46,494 nucleotides of DNA from Reclinomonas americana ATCC 50394. Lineage: Eukaryota. The position numbers and the translations under genes were made by a program. Location of the stretch: positions 54,673-101,166 of the forward strand of contig PS015288.1 of assembly GCA_048213135.1 (NCBI GenBank). The letters run 5' to 3'. This document shows positions 25,698 through 36,574 of the stretch, in pieces. Positions within the stretch are counted from its first letter, which is position 1, and every line of letters starts with the position of its first letter. The notes beneath the pieces are model-generated. The model saw only the letters and a program-made list of their open reading frames with translations, ran no database searches and was not told the origin of the DNA.

Positions 25698-26165
25698 TCC
25701 AAAATGGACAAACAGAGGATGACGTCACTTTCACCGCACGACAGAGGGGCTTTGCACGAGGCGGAAAAACAAAGTGAAATAGCACAGCTTCTTTCCGCAG
25801 ACAGAGCGTGCTTCAGAAGGAAACACAATGCAAATCTCGTGGACAGTCGCGGACAGATCATGCAGAACGTCACTTTCACCAAACTGATTCTTGGGATGCA
25901 CCACACAACGCCTCTCGCATACTATTGCACTCCCTTCGTAGACTGCATGCGCTGCAAAAAGCAGAGAGTGCAAATTTTTCCTTGTTCGTGGACAGTCGCG
26001 GACAGATGACGTCACTTTCACCACACTGTGTTTTCCAGTGATGCACCACACTGCAACGACTTTTGCTTACTGCTCTCACAAACAACACGAGCTACAAAGA
26101 AAAGCAGAGAGTGCAAATTTTCCCTTGTTCGTGGACAGTCACGGACAGATGACGTCACTTTCGCG
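25698..26165. promoter_or_regulatory. Putative bidirectional promoter with a 4x ~143-bp repeat carrying TGACGTCA (CRE-like) sites
   Basis: (G/A)ACGTCACTTTC at 25721, 25866, 26008 and 26151; three copies are the full TGACGTCA palindrome. Lies between the divergent RPAP2 and RAD51D-like genes. Confidence 0.6.
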
Positions 26166-26188
26166 CCACCACGCACTTGCAAACCCGC

Positions 26189-28705
26189 ATGTCGATTGGA
26201 GAGGAGGAGGAGAGCTTTCGGAGAGAGCAGCTGGAGGAGCACGGGTTGGGCAGAGGTTTGTGAGAGTCGACTCTTTGTCTGTCCTCTCTTCTTTTTTCTC
26301 ATTGTGTTTTTTTGCAGATGCCGCGCTTCTTCTCTTTGATGAGCGACGGAGCAGCGATGCGCCAGTGATGCGCGTGTTTTCACCAAGTGTTGAGTTTTTT
26401 TCTTCATTCACTCTCTCTCTCTCACACACACACAGACGCACAAGTTGTCAGTGATTCACTAAATCTCTCACTGACTCACTCTCTCTTGCACGCACTCCCT
26501 CCCTGTCTGTCTCTCTCCTCCTCCTTTCCACTCACCTTTGCTGTTTCCTTCCCCCTCCCTCACTCTCTCCCTGCCTCAATCACTCTGCTCTTCACTTGCC
26601 ATCTCACTCTCTCTCTCACTCGCCCTCTTCCCCCTTCCTTCTCCGTTCCTGCTCCACCCTTTCCCCTCCTTCACTCATTGCACTCACACCTGCACTCTCT
26701 CTCCCTTCTCCCCCTTTCTCACTCACACGCATCCTCTTTCCCCTTCCCTCACTTCTCCCTTGATCCCCTTCTCCAACCCTTCTTCTTTCTCCCTTCCCGC
26801 TTCTCCACCCCCCTTCTCCCTCCCTCTCCCTCGCACCCTCTTACTCACACACTCACTCATTCACTCACTCTCTCCCTCACAAACACACTCACTCTCTCTC
26901 CCTTCTCCCTCCATCCCCCCTTCTCCCCCCTCCCTCTCCCTCTCACCCACAGGAGCTTCGCTCATACCGACTGGCCGCTGCAGAGCGCTTGGCGCCACCA
27001 CGCGTCTCCGTGCAAGACATGCTGCGGAGAATGAGTGTGCCGACGCGGTTGACGCACCTGGCCACGGGTGTTGCCACGTTGCGTTGTATGCCGATGCTGC
27101 CTCTCGACTCTTCCTCTTCACCTTCATTCTCTTCCTCTTTCTCCTCTTTCACCGTCTTTCTCGTCTTCTACTTCTTCTTCTTCTCTCAATCCGTGTTCCT
27201 GTCCGTGTCTTTGTCTTTCTTTTCTCCTCCCTCCTTCTTCTTGTTGTTCTTGTTCTTCTTCTTCTTCTTCTTCTTCTTCTCCTTCTCCTTCTTCCTCTTC
27301 ATCTCCTTCTCCTTCTTCTTCGTCTTCCTCTTCATCTTCTTTTTTCATCGTCTTTCTCGTCTTCTTCTTCTTCTTCTCTCAATCCTCGTTCCTTGTCTTT
27401 CTTTCGTCATTCTTTTTCTTCTCCTTCTTCTTCTCCTTCTTCTTCTTCTCCTTCTATTCTACTTCTTCTTCTTCTTCTTCTTCTTCTCCTCCTCCTCCTC
27501 CTCCTCCTCCCCCTTCTCCTTCTCCTCCTCATCCTCCTTCTCCTCCTCCTCCTCCTCCTCCCTTCTTCTCCTCCTCCCCCCTTTCTCCCCCTTCCCCCTT
27601 CTCCTTCCCCCCTTCCCCCCGTCCCCTTCCCTCCCTCACCCTCCTCCCCCCACCCAGCATCGACGACCTCCTGGGCGGCGGCATTGCCGTGGGCGAGGTC
27701 ACCGAGATTGTAGGTCCCACCGCCAGCGGAAAGACGCAGGCATGTTAAAGCACCCTCAACTTTCCCTTTCCCTGATCTCTCTCTCTCTCATCGCTCACTC
27801 CCAGCTGATGCACCACCTCACCGCCGCCACCCTCCTCCTCCCGCTGCGTCCCACCGTCGTCTACGTCGACACCTCCAACTCGTTCTCTCCGGACCGCCTG
27901 CTGGCGTTCCTCCAAACCCTCGCCCCACCCGAAGTCGCCGACAATGAGGAGTTTCTGCGCGACGCCATGTCGCGGACTCGCTGCGTGCGACTGTACTCGC
28001 TGGTCGACCTCACGCGGCGACTGGCCTCGTTTGTGCATCAGTGGCCCTCGCAGCAGCAGCAGGGAGCAGTTGAGTAGGAGTGCAAAAGTCCGTGTGTGGT
28101 TTCACAAGCTCAATGCCTCGCCGTGACAGTGCTACCCGCTGCTGATTGTTGACTCGCCCGGTGCCTGCCTGGCAGTGGAGATTGGCGGCGAGAAGCTGGC
28201 TGGTCATCAGCAAATGGTGAACATTACGCGCTCCGTGAAGCAGCTGGCGGTGGAGCGTGGTGTGGCCGTGTGTCTGGTGAACCACACCGTCGGAAGCAAC
28301 AGCGTGATGGATGAGTCGGTGGCGGCGACCGACGAAGGTGCGTGTGTGTACATTACCGCTCGTGGTTACAGGAGTGGCCTCACACTCAGATCAACAGTGA
28401 TTGTCAAGGCTGCGTTGGGCGACTCGTGGGCCGCCGGTTCGCACACACAGTTGGTGTTGTTTCACGGCGAGGGTGTTCGTCGCACGGGCGGTGGTGGTGG
28501 TGGTGGTGGTCATACGCACCGTCGCGCCACCATTGCTCGCAGCTCGGTGGAGCCACCACCACAGGCAGGCGGCTCGCAACCATGCTGCGTGTCATTTTCC
28601 ATTGCCGACGACGCCTTGCTGTCGGTGTCTGCCGAGGCCGAGGCGACAGGCAGTGGTGCAGTGCATACGGTCGCGCACCGCCAGGAAGCTATGATGGCGA
28701 CGTAG
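26189..28705 (+). CDS. RAD51D: RAD51 paralog, RAD51D-like; exons 26189-26255, 26318-26388, 26953-27077, 27658-27739, 27805-28068, 28130-28337, 28398-28705
   Basis: LATGVATIDDLLGGG, Walker A GEVTEIVGPTASGKTQ, VYVDTSNSFSPDRL, Walker B LLIVDS, KQLAVERGVAVCLVNH and KAALGDSW. The paralog assignment is moderate. Confidence 0.85.
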
Positions 28706-29394
28706 CATGAACGAGGAGTACGCCGCCCGTGGTTCCGCGATGCCGAGGACGAAGGGAGCTGTCGGTTGATGCGCACGTCAAAAGCAAACATGCACAGTGC
28801 TCGGACAAGCTCAACAGATAATGAAACGAAAGAGTTTTCAGCGGTTTTTCATGCAAACAACTACTTTGCAATAATGCCTTGCCGACAATGACCTTGGCAC
28901 ACCAACAATATACAAAACACATAGTTACTCTTCTCCAACAGTCATCTTTTCTTTCAGGAGGCTTGGCCTCAAACAGATAGCGGCCTACGTACGCGCTGCA
29001 GTTGTTGAAGCTGGGTGCTGCAGTCGCGTCGCGATGGTCAACAAACAAGCAACAGCTGTCTTGATGACCAAGTTCAACCGTATCCAAAACATCAACACAG
29101 ACACCAATCTTGAGGCAGCAGCAGGTAATATAATAGAACTTCACTGAGACATACACAACAATGAGCATCTACCAGTGATCGCCAACAAGTCTCGTGTGTT
29201 TTCCTTCTACAACTAAAACTGTTGTTAAGTGTGTTGTCGATGTTGAGAATAAAGCCCTATTCAGGAAACACAGCCTCCAGACTCCTACCTGGTCTGAGGC
29301 TGGTGGGAGACAAGTTGCTTGGTTCTGAGTTTTGAGCCGGCTTGCAAAACAGCTGCTGTTGCTCGTTGGAGATCAGGAATGATTTGTTGATGTC

Positions 29395-30480
29395 CTACAG
29401 TCCAAGGCCTCCGTCAGAGAAGGACCGACAGGCGACAACCTCAGCCTCCTCCACCAAGAAGCACCGCAGCACGATCTCCACCAAGCAACGCGGGTCACCC
29501 TCCTCGTCGCCCTCACGCTGCATCTCCTGCACTGCGCACATGGCCGAGCGCGCACAGCCGAGCTCCAGGCGAGCGAGGCCGCATGGCGTCGACCACACTC
29601 TCACCGTCTTGTCCGCACTCCCGCTCACGACATACTGACTGCAGGGAGTGACGGCAACACTACGCACCCACCCACTGTGTCCCGTCAGCCGCCGCACCTC
29701 CTTTCCACTCGCCAACGACCACACTCGCACTGTGTGGTCGTAACTCCCACTCACTGCGTGCTGACCATCGGCAGTGACAACGACAGCGTAAACCAAAGAC
29801 GCGTGTCCATCCATTCGTCGCACCTCCTTGCCACTCGCCAGCAACCACACTCGCACTGTCGTGTCATCACCTCCGCTCACCACGTGCAGACCGTCGCAAG
29901 TGACGGCGACACAAAACACCACACAACAATATGCATTCCACAGTCGCACTTCTTCCCCAGTCGCAAGAGACCACACTCGCACAGTAGTATCATCACCCCC
30001 GCTCACCACGTGCAGACCATCGGGGGTGACGGCCACAGACATCACCCTTCCCGCGTGTCCCTCCATCCGTTTCACTTGCTCTCCACTTGCCACAGACCAC
30101 ACTCGCACGCTCTTGTCCTTGCTCCCGCTGACAATGTGCTGCCCGTCGGGAGTGACGGCAACAGAGAGCACGTCTGCAGTATGTCCCTCCAACTGATGCA
30201 CTTACTCACCACTCGCCAGTGACCACACTCGCACAGTGCTATCCGCACTTCCGTTCACAATGTGTCGCCCGTCGGGAGTGATGGCGAGAGACGTCACCCA
30301 GTTGGTCTGTCCCTCCAGTCGTTGCGCTTGCGCTCCACTGGCAAGTGGCCACACACGGATGGTCTCGTCAAAGCCGCCACTCACAACGTGCTGCCCGTCG
30401 GGAGTGATGGCGACAGACCACAGCTTGTCAAGGTGGCCACGCAGGCACTTGTGTGGGAGAGACGGGGGAGGTGAGGACAT
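29395..30480 (-). pseudogene. WD40 array copy 5, intronless, in-frame TAA at 30202-30204
   Basis: MSSPPPSLPHKCLRGH start at 30480. GE-TAA-VHQLEGH occurs where paralogs read GEQV/GEEV; the frame then continues to GGLGL-TAG. Confidence 0.8.
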
Positions 30481-30733
30481 GGTGAGACAGGGCAAGAGTG
30501 TGCGTGAGTGTCCTTTGGAGTGAGGACACTCTGGATAGACTCCGTGTTGTTTATTGAGAGACAAAGCAATGCAGAAGCAGGAGGAGAACGAGGGGAAGAT
30601 AACACTAAAAGAGAAGCCGAAGGGAGCGAAACAAACAGAAAGAAAGAGAGAAGAACAGCGATCAATGCAATCCAGTAAACTCTCTATCTCTCTCTTTCTT
30701 CTTCGTCGTCTTCTTCTTTTCCCTCTCCACGAG

Positions 30734-31810
30734 TCACAGCCCGAGGCCCCCGGCAGAGAATGACCGATGGACAACAACCTCCGCCTCCTCGACCAAGAAG
30801 CACCGCAGCACAAGCTCTGGAAGGCAGCGCGAATCCACTTCTTCTTCGCCTTCTCCCTCACGCTGCATCTCCTGCACCGCCCGCAAAGCCGACCATGCCG
30901 CATCGAGTTCGTGCCAAGCGAGACCACACGGCGTCGACCACACTCGCACAGAGCCGTCGTCACCTCCACTCACCACGTGCTGCCCATCCGGCGCGACGGC
31001 CACACAGCGCACCGAATATCCCTCCAATCTTTGCACTTCTCGGCCTGTCTCCACGGACCATACTCGCATCGTTTGGTCCTTGCTCCCGCTCACAACGTGG
31101 CGACCATCCGGAGTGACGGCGACGGACCATACCCGCTCAGTGTGTCCCTCCAGACGCCACACTTGTTCGCCAGTGACCAGTGACCACACGCACACTGTCT
31201 TGTCCGCACTTCCACCCACTACATGCCGACTGTCGGGCGTCATGGCGAGACTCCCTGCGCCTCCCTTCATCCGTCGCACCTCTTCTCCGCTCGCCAGCGA
31301 CCACACACGCACAGTGCTGTCGTTGCTGCCACTCACCACGTGCTGTCCGTCGCGTGTAATGGCCACAGCGAGCACTAATCTCGTGTGTCCCTTCAGCACT
31401 CTGACTTGTTCTCCACTCGCCAGAGACCACACTCGAATGGTGGTGTCCCAGCTGCCACTCACTACATGGCGACCATCGGGAGTGACGGCGACAGACTCAA
31501 GCCAGTCAGTGTGACCCTTCAATCGGCGCACTTCTTTACCGCTCGCCAGTGACCACACTCGCACAGTCCTGTCCATACTCCCAGTGACAGCGTATTCGCT
31601 GTCGGGAGCAACGGCGACAGAGCACACATAGTTGGTGTGACCCTCCAACCGCCGCACCTCCTTGCCACTCGCCAGCGACCACACTCGCACAGTGAAGTCA
31701 TCACTTCCACTGACGATGTGCTGGCCATCGGGAGTGACGGCGACGGACTTGACTTTGCTGGAATGTGCACCCAAGCACTTGCATGTGAGGAGAGGAGGAG
31801 AGGATGACAT
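30734..31810 (-). CDS. WD40 array copy 4, intact: 7 WD repeats + conserved helical tail (358 aa)
   Basis: Seven repeats of the type GH..V.SVAVTPDG..VVSGS.D.TVRVWS; single ORF. Confidence 0.9.
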   Translation of the reverse strand: MSSSPPLLTCKCLGAHSSKVKSVAVTPDGQHIVSGSDDFTVRVWSLASGKEVRRLEGHTNYVCSVAVAPDSEYAVTGSMDRTVRVWSLASGKEVRRLKGHTDWLESVAVTPDGRHVVSGSWDTTIRVWSLASGEQVRVLKGHTRLVLAVAITRDGQHVVSGSNDSTVRVWSLASGEEVRRMKGGAGSLAMTPDSRHVVGGSADKTVCVWSLVTGEQVWRLEGHTERVWSVAVTPDGRHVVSGSKDQTMRVWSVETGREVQRLEGYSVRCVAVAPDGQHVVSGGDDGSVRVWSTPCGLAWHELDAAWSALRAVQEMQREGEGEEEVDSRCLPELVLRCFLVEEAEVVVHRSFSAGGLGL

Positions 31811-32076
31811 GCGTTCTGGAGTGGGTTAGATTTTTCCGTCCTCTTTGGAGGGGACGAAACGTGATCGGCCGTCGATGCTCGGTGTTGCTGCATAATACTT
31901 TACTGCGTGGTGCGATAGACAGAGACATAGGCTGCTGAACGGAAGCACAACAAAAAACAACAATTCGGCGACACGATGTATGTACACAAAGGAAACACTG
32001 CAAGACAACAGATCTAGAGAAAGCGATGAGAGAGAGAGAGAGGAGAAGGGCCTTCTCACTCCCTCTACAACAAAAG

Positions 32077-33155
32077 TCACAGTCCCATGCCCCCGTCAGA
32101 GACGGACCGATGAACGACAACCTCCGCCTCCTCCACCAGGAAGCAGCGAAGGACGATCTCCACCAAGCAACGCGGATCCACTTCCTCTTCCTCCCCTGCA
32201 TCTCCTGCACCGCCCGCATCGCTGAACGTGCCGCATCGAGTTCCGGGCGAGCGAGACCACACGGCGTCGACCACACTCGCACAGAGCCGTCCTCACCCCC
32301 ACTCACCACGTGCTGCCCATCCGGCGCGACGGCCACACAGCGCACCGAATATCCCTCCAATCTTTGCACTTCTCGGCCTGTCTCCACGGACCATACTCGC
32401 ATCGTTTGGTCCTTGCTCCCGCTCACAATGTGGCGGCCATCCGGAGTGACGGCGACGGAATACACCCACTCAGTGTGTCCCTCCAGACACCGCACTTGTT
32501 CGCCACTCGTGAGTGACCACACGCACACTGTTCTATTCGCAGTGCCGCTCACCAGATGGCGACCGTCGGGAGTGACGGCGAGAGACGCCACCCTCCCTGC
32601 GCTTCCCTTCATTCGTCGCACCTCTTCCCCGCTCACCAGCGACCACACCCGCACTGTGCCGTCACCGCTGCCACTCACCACATGCTGTCCGTCGCGTGTA
32701 ATGGCCACAGCGAGCACCCAGGTCGTATGCCCCTTCAGCACTCTCACCTCCTCACCACTCGCCAGTGACCACACTCGAATGGTGGTGTCCCTGCTCCCAC
32801 TCACCACGTGATGTCCATTGGGAGTGACAGCAACAGCGAACACTACGTGAGTATGGCCCTCCAATCGTCGAACTTCTTCACCGCTCGCCAGTGACCACAC
32901 TCGCACAGTCCTGTCCAGACTCCCAGTGACAGCGTATTCGCTGTCGGGAGTAACGGCGACAGCGCACACAAAGTTGGTGTGTCCCTCCAACCGCCTTACT
33001 TCCTTGCCACTCGCCAGCGACCACACTCGCACAGTGAAGTCATCACTTCCACTGACGATGTGCTGGCCATCGGGAGTGACGGCGGCGACGGACTTGAATT
33101 TGCTGGAGTGTCCATCCAAGCGCTTGCATGTGAGAAGAGGAGGAGAGGATGACAT
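32077..33155 (-). CDS. WD40 array copy 3, 1-nt frameshift in a G homopolymer near 32195 (real or sequencing error)
   Basis: Seven WD repeats. The tail EEEEVDPRCLVEIVLRCFLVEEAEVVV continues in another frame to the paralogous stop at 32077. Confidence 0.8.
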
Positions 33156-33360
33156 GCGTTCTGGAGTGGGTTAGATTTTTCCGTCCTCTTTGGAGGGGAC
33201 GAAACGTGATCGGCCGTCGATGATCGGTGTTGCTGACCCTGCATGATAGTTTATTATGTGGTGCGATAGACAGACAACATAGGTTGCTGAAAAAGCACAA
33301 CATGAACAACAATTTGGCGACGAAAGAGTCAACAAACATAACAAACACAGAAAGCGAGAG

Positions 33361-33403
<43 letters not shown>

Positions 33404-33453
33404 GAAAAAGAGAACAGGAGAGCAGGACGTCCTCACTCTCTCTCCAACACAAG

Positions 33454-34530
33454 TCACAGTCGAAGACTCTCGTCGGTGAGGCAACGATGGACGACAACCT
33501 CCGCCTCCTCCACGATGAAGCACCGCAACACCATCTCTGGTAAGCACCGTGAATCCACCTCATCTTCCTCCTCATCCTCCTCCTGGATCTCCTGCACCGC
33601 CCACATCGCTGAACGTGCCGCATCGAGTTCGTCCCAAGCGAGACCACACGGCGTCGACCACACTCGCACAGAGCCGTCGTCATCTCCACTCACCACGTGC
33701 TGCCCATCCGGCGCGACGGCCACACAGCGCACCGAGAAACCCTCGAACCTTTGCACTTCTCGGCCTGTCTCCACTGACCATATTCGCATCGTTTGGTCCC
33801 CGCTCCCGCTCACAATGTGGCGACCATCCGGAGTGACAGCGACGGACCATACCCGCTCAGTGTGTCCCTCCAGACGCCACACTTGTTCGCCAGTCGCCAG
33901 TGACCACACGCACACTGTATTGTCCGCACTTCCACCCACTACATGCCGACCGTCGGGCGTGATGGCGAGACTCCCTGCGCGTCTCTTCATCCGTCGCACC
34001 TCTTCCCCGCTCGCCAGCGACCACACACGCACAGTGCCGTCACGGCTGGCACTCACCACATGCTGTCCGTCGGGTGTGATGGCCACAGCGAGCACCAATG
34101 CCGTGTGCCCCTTCAGCACTCTCACCTCTTCACCACTCGCAAGTGACCACACTCGAATGGTGGTGTCCCAACTGCCACTCACTGCATGGCGACCGTCGGG
34201 AGTGACAGCAACAGCGTATACTACTTGAGTGTGACCCTCCAATCGTCGATCTTCTCCGCCACTCGCCAGTGACCACACTCTCACAGTCCTATCAAGACTC
34301 CCACTGACAGCGTACTCGCCGTCGGGAGTAACAGCTACGGAGCACACATAGCTGACGTGTCCCTTCCACCGTCGCACTTGCTCGCCACTCGCCAGCCACC
34401 ACACTCGCACAGTGAAGTCATCACTTCCACTGACGATGTGCTGGCCATCGGGAGTAACGGCGACGGACTTGACTGTGCTGGAGTGTCCATCCAAGCGCTT
34501 GCATGTGAGAAGAGGAGGAGAGGATGACAT
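33454..34530 (-). CDS. WD40 array copy 2, intact (358 aa)
   Basis: Seven WD repeats + conserved tail; single ORF. Confidence 0.9.
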   Translation of the reverse strand: MSSSPPLLTCKRLDGHSSTVKSVAVTPDGQHIVSGSDDFTVRVWWLASGEQVRRWKGHVSYVCSVAVTPDGEYAVSGSLDRTVRVWSLASGGEDRRLEGHTQVVYAVAVTPDGRHAVSGSWDTTIRVWSLASGEEVRVLKGHTALVLAVAITPDGQHVVSASRDGTVRVWSLASGEEVRRMKRRAGSLAITPDGRHVVGGSADNTVCVWSLATGEQVWRLEGHTERVWSVAVTPDGRHIVSGSGDQTMRIWSVETGREVQRFEGFSVRCVAVAPDGQHVVSGDDDGSVRVWSTPCGLAWDELDAARSAMWAVQEIQEEDEEEDEVDSRCLPEMVLRCFIVEEAEVVVHRCLTDESLRL

Positions 34531-34813
34531 TCGTTCTGGAGTGGGTTAGATTTTTCCGTCCTCTTTGGAGGGGACGAATCGTCGGTGATCGGTCGTCGAT
34601 GCTCGGTGTTGCTGACTCTGCATGATAGTTTATTATGTGGTGCGATAGACAGAGACATAGGCTGCTGAGCAGAACAACAATTTAGCGACGTACAAGCACA
34701 TGACGAAGAAACGTCGATAAAGAAACACAAGACAACACAGAAAGGGAGAGAGAGAGGGAGAGAGAGAGAGAGAGAGAGAGCACAGGGCTTTCTCACTCCT
34801 TCTCCAACACAAG

Positions 34814-36054
34814 TCACAGTCCCATGCCCCCGTCAGAGACGGACCGATGAACGACAACCTCCGCCTCCTCCACCAGGAAGCAGCGACGGACGTTCTCCAC
34901 CAAGCAACGCGGATCCTCTTCGCCCTCATTCTGCATTTCCTGTGCAGCATGCATGGCCGAGCGTGCTGCATCGAGCTCCTGCCGAGCGAGACCGTACAGC
35001 GTGGACCAAACTTGCACTGTCTTGTCAAGACAGCCGCTCACGATTCGTTGGCCGTCAGGAGTGACGGCGACAGACTTCACACCTGCAGTGTGCCCCTCCA
35101 ACCGCCGCACCTCTTCTCCACTCGCCAGCGACCACATACGCACTGTCTTGTCTCCACTCCCACTCACCACATGGCGGCCATCAGGAGTGACGGCGACAGA
35201 CTTCACACCTCCAGTGTGTCCCTCCATTCGACGCACCTCCTCGCCGCTTGCCATGCACCACATGCGCACTGTTCCGTCGTCACTGCCACGCACCACGTAT
35301 TGGGAGTCGGGAGTGACGCCGACAGACAGCACTTTTTCCGTGGGAGTCACAAACTCCTTCCCACTCGCCGCCGACCACATTCGCACGGTTTCATCCCGAC
35401 TCCCACTCACAATGTGCTGGCCATCGGGAGCGACGGCAACACACAGCACCCGGCTAGTGTGTCCCTTCAACAGTCGCACATGCTTACCAGTCGCCAGCGA
35501 CCACACTCGCACTGGTCTTGCGTCTTGCTCCGTGTCTCGATCGCCGTCTGCGTAAGCCTTGAGGGTGGGTATATTGGAGGCTCACGGAGAGTTGATTGGT
35601 CCTTGGAGGTTGAAGCAGGAGCTCCGTCCGGAGGGTAACTGTTGCGGGGGGCAGTCGGCCAGGCGTTCTCTGCAGAGGGGAGGATGCAGTCCTCATCCCC
35701 ACTGACGGCATGCTGGCCATCGGGAGTGACGGCAACGGTCCACACTGTACCAATGTGCCCCGCCAAGCGTCGCACCACCGTGCCACTGGCGAGGGACCAC
35801 ACTCGCACAGTAAAGTCCTCACTCCCACTCACGATGTGCTGGCCGTCAACAGTGACGGCGACAGAGCGCACCCCGCCAGTGTGTCCCTCCAGCCGTTGCA
35901 CCTCCTGTCCACTCGCGAGTGACCACACTCGCACTGTGCGGTCACTGCTGCCACTCACAACAAACTGGCCATCACGAGTGATGGCGACTGAGAGCACCGC
36001 TGCCGTGTGTCCACGCAGGCACTTGCAATGGAGGGACGGGGGAGCCGAGGACAT
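34814..36054 (-). pseudogene. WD40 array copy 1, interrupted by a 170-bp insertion (35515-35684)
   Basis: Removing the insert restores DEDCTVRVW. There is also a small deletion at SGKEFVTPTEK. Confidence 0.75.
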
Positions 36055-36304
36055 GCGTGAGAGAGCGTAAAGAGAGAAAAGAAGGCAATGAGAGTGTGAA
36101 TGCGCGCGCGCGTGCGTGTGGATGATGTGCGTTGTCTTACTCAAAGGACACTCCTATCCTTGAACTTCGTTCTTGTCGCCTTGCAACACGCGCGTCGCTC
36201 GTCAACGCGGAGAACAGTTTATTATGTGCAAGGCAAAAAAACGAATGGCGACAGTTGGCAACAATGGCAGCAAAAACACACACACAAGTGTAGAATTGTA
36301 CAAT

Positions 36305-36357
<53 letters not shown>

Positions 36358-36574
36358 CCANNNNNNNNNNNNNNNNNNNNNNNNNNNNNNNNNNNNNNNN
36401 NNNNNNNNNNNNNNNNNNNNNNNNNNNNNNNNNNNNNNNNNNNNNNNNNNNNNNNNNNNNNNNNNNNNNNNNNNNNNNNNNNNNNNNNNNNNNNNNNNNN
36501 NNNNNNNNNNNNNNNNNNNNNNNNNNNNNNNNNNNNNNNNNNNNNNNNNNNNNNNNNNNNNNNNNNNNNNNNNN

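Noticed and set aside
27130-27410. Duplicated TCTTTCTCGTCTTC...CTCTCAATCC segment in a RAD51D intron
   Set aside because: Low-complexity local duplication, possibly an assembly artefact.
30202-30204. TAA at a Gln/Glu position, suggesting a TAR=Gln genetic code
   Set aside because: Thousands of other conserved codons contain no in-frame TAA/TAG, and TAG and TGA alternate at the homologous WD40 stop. A single nonsense change is simpler.
29677-36070. Plus-strand ORFs antisense to the WD40 genes
   Set aside because: Shadow ORFs of GC-rich repetitive coding sequence.
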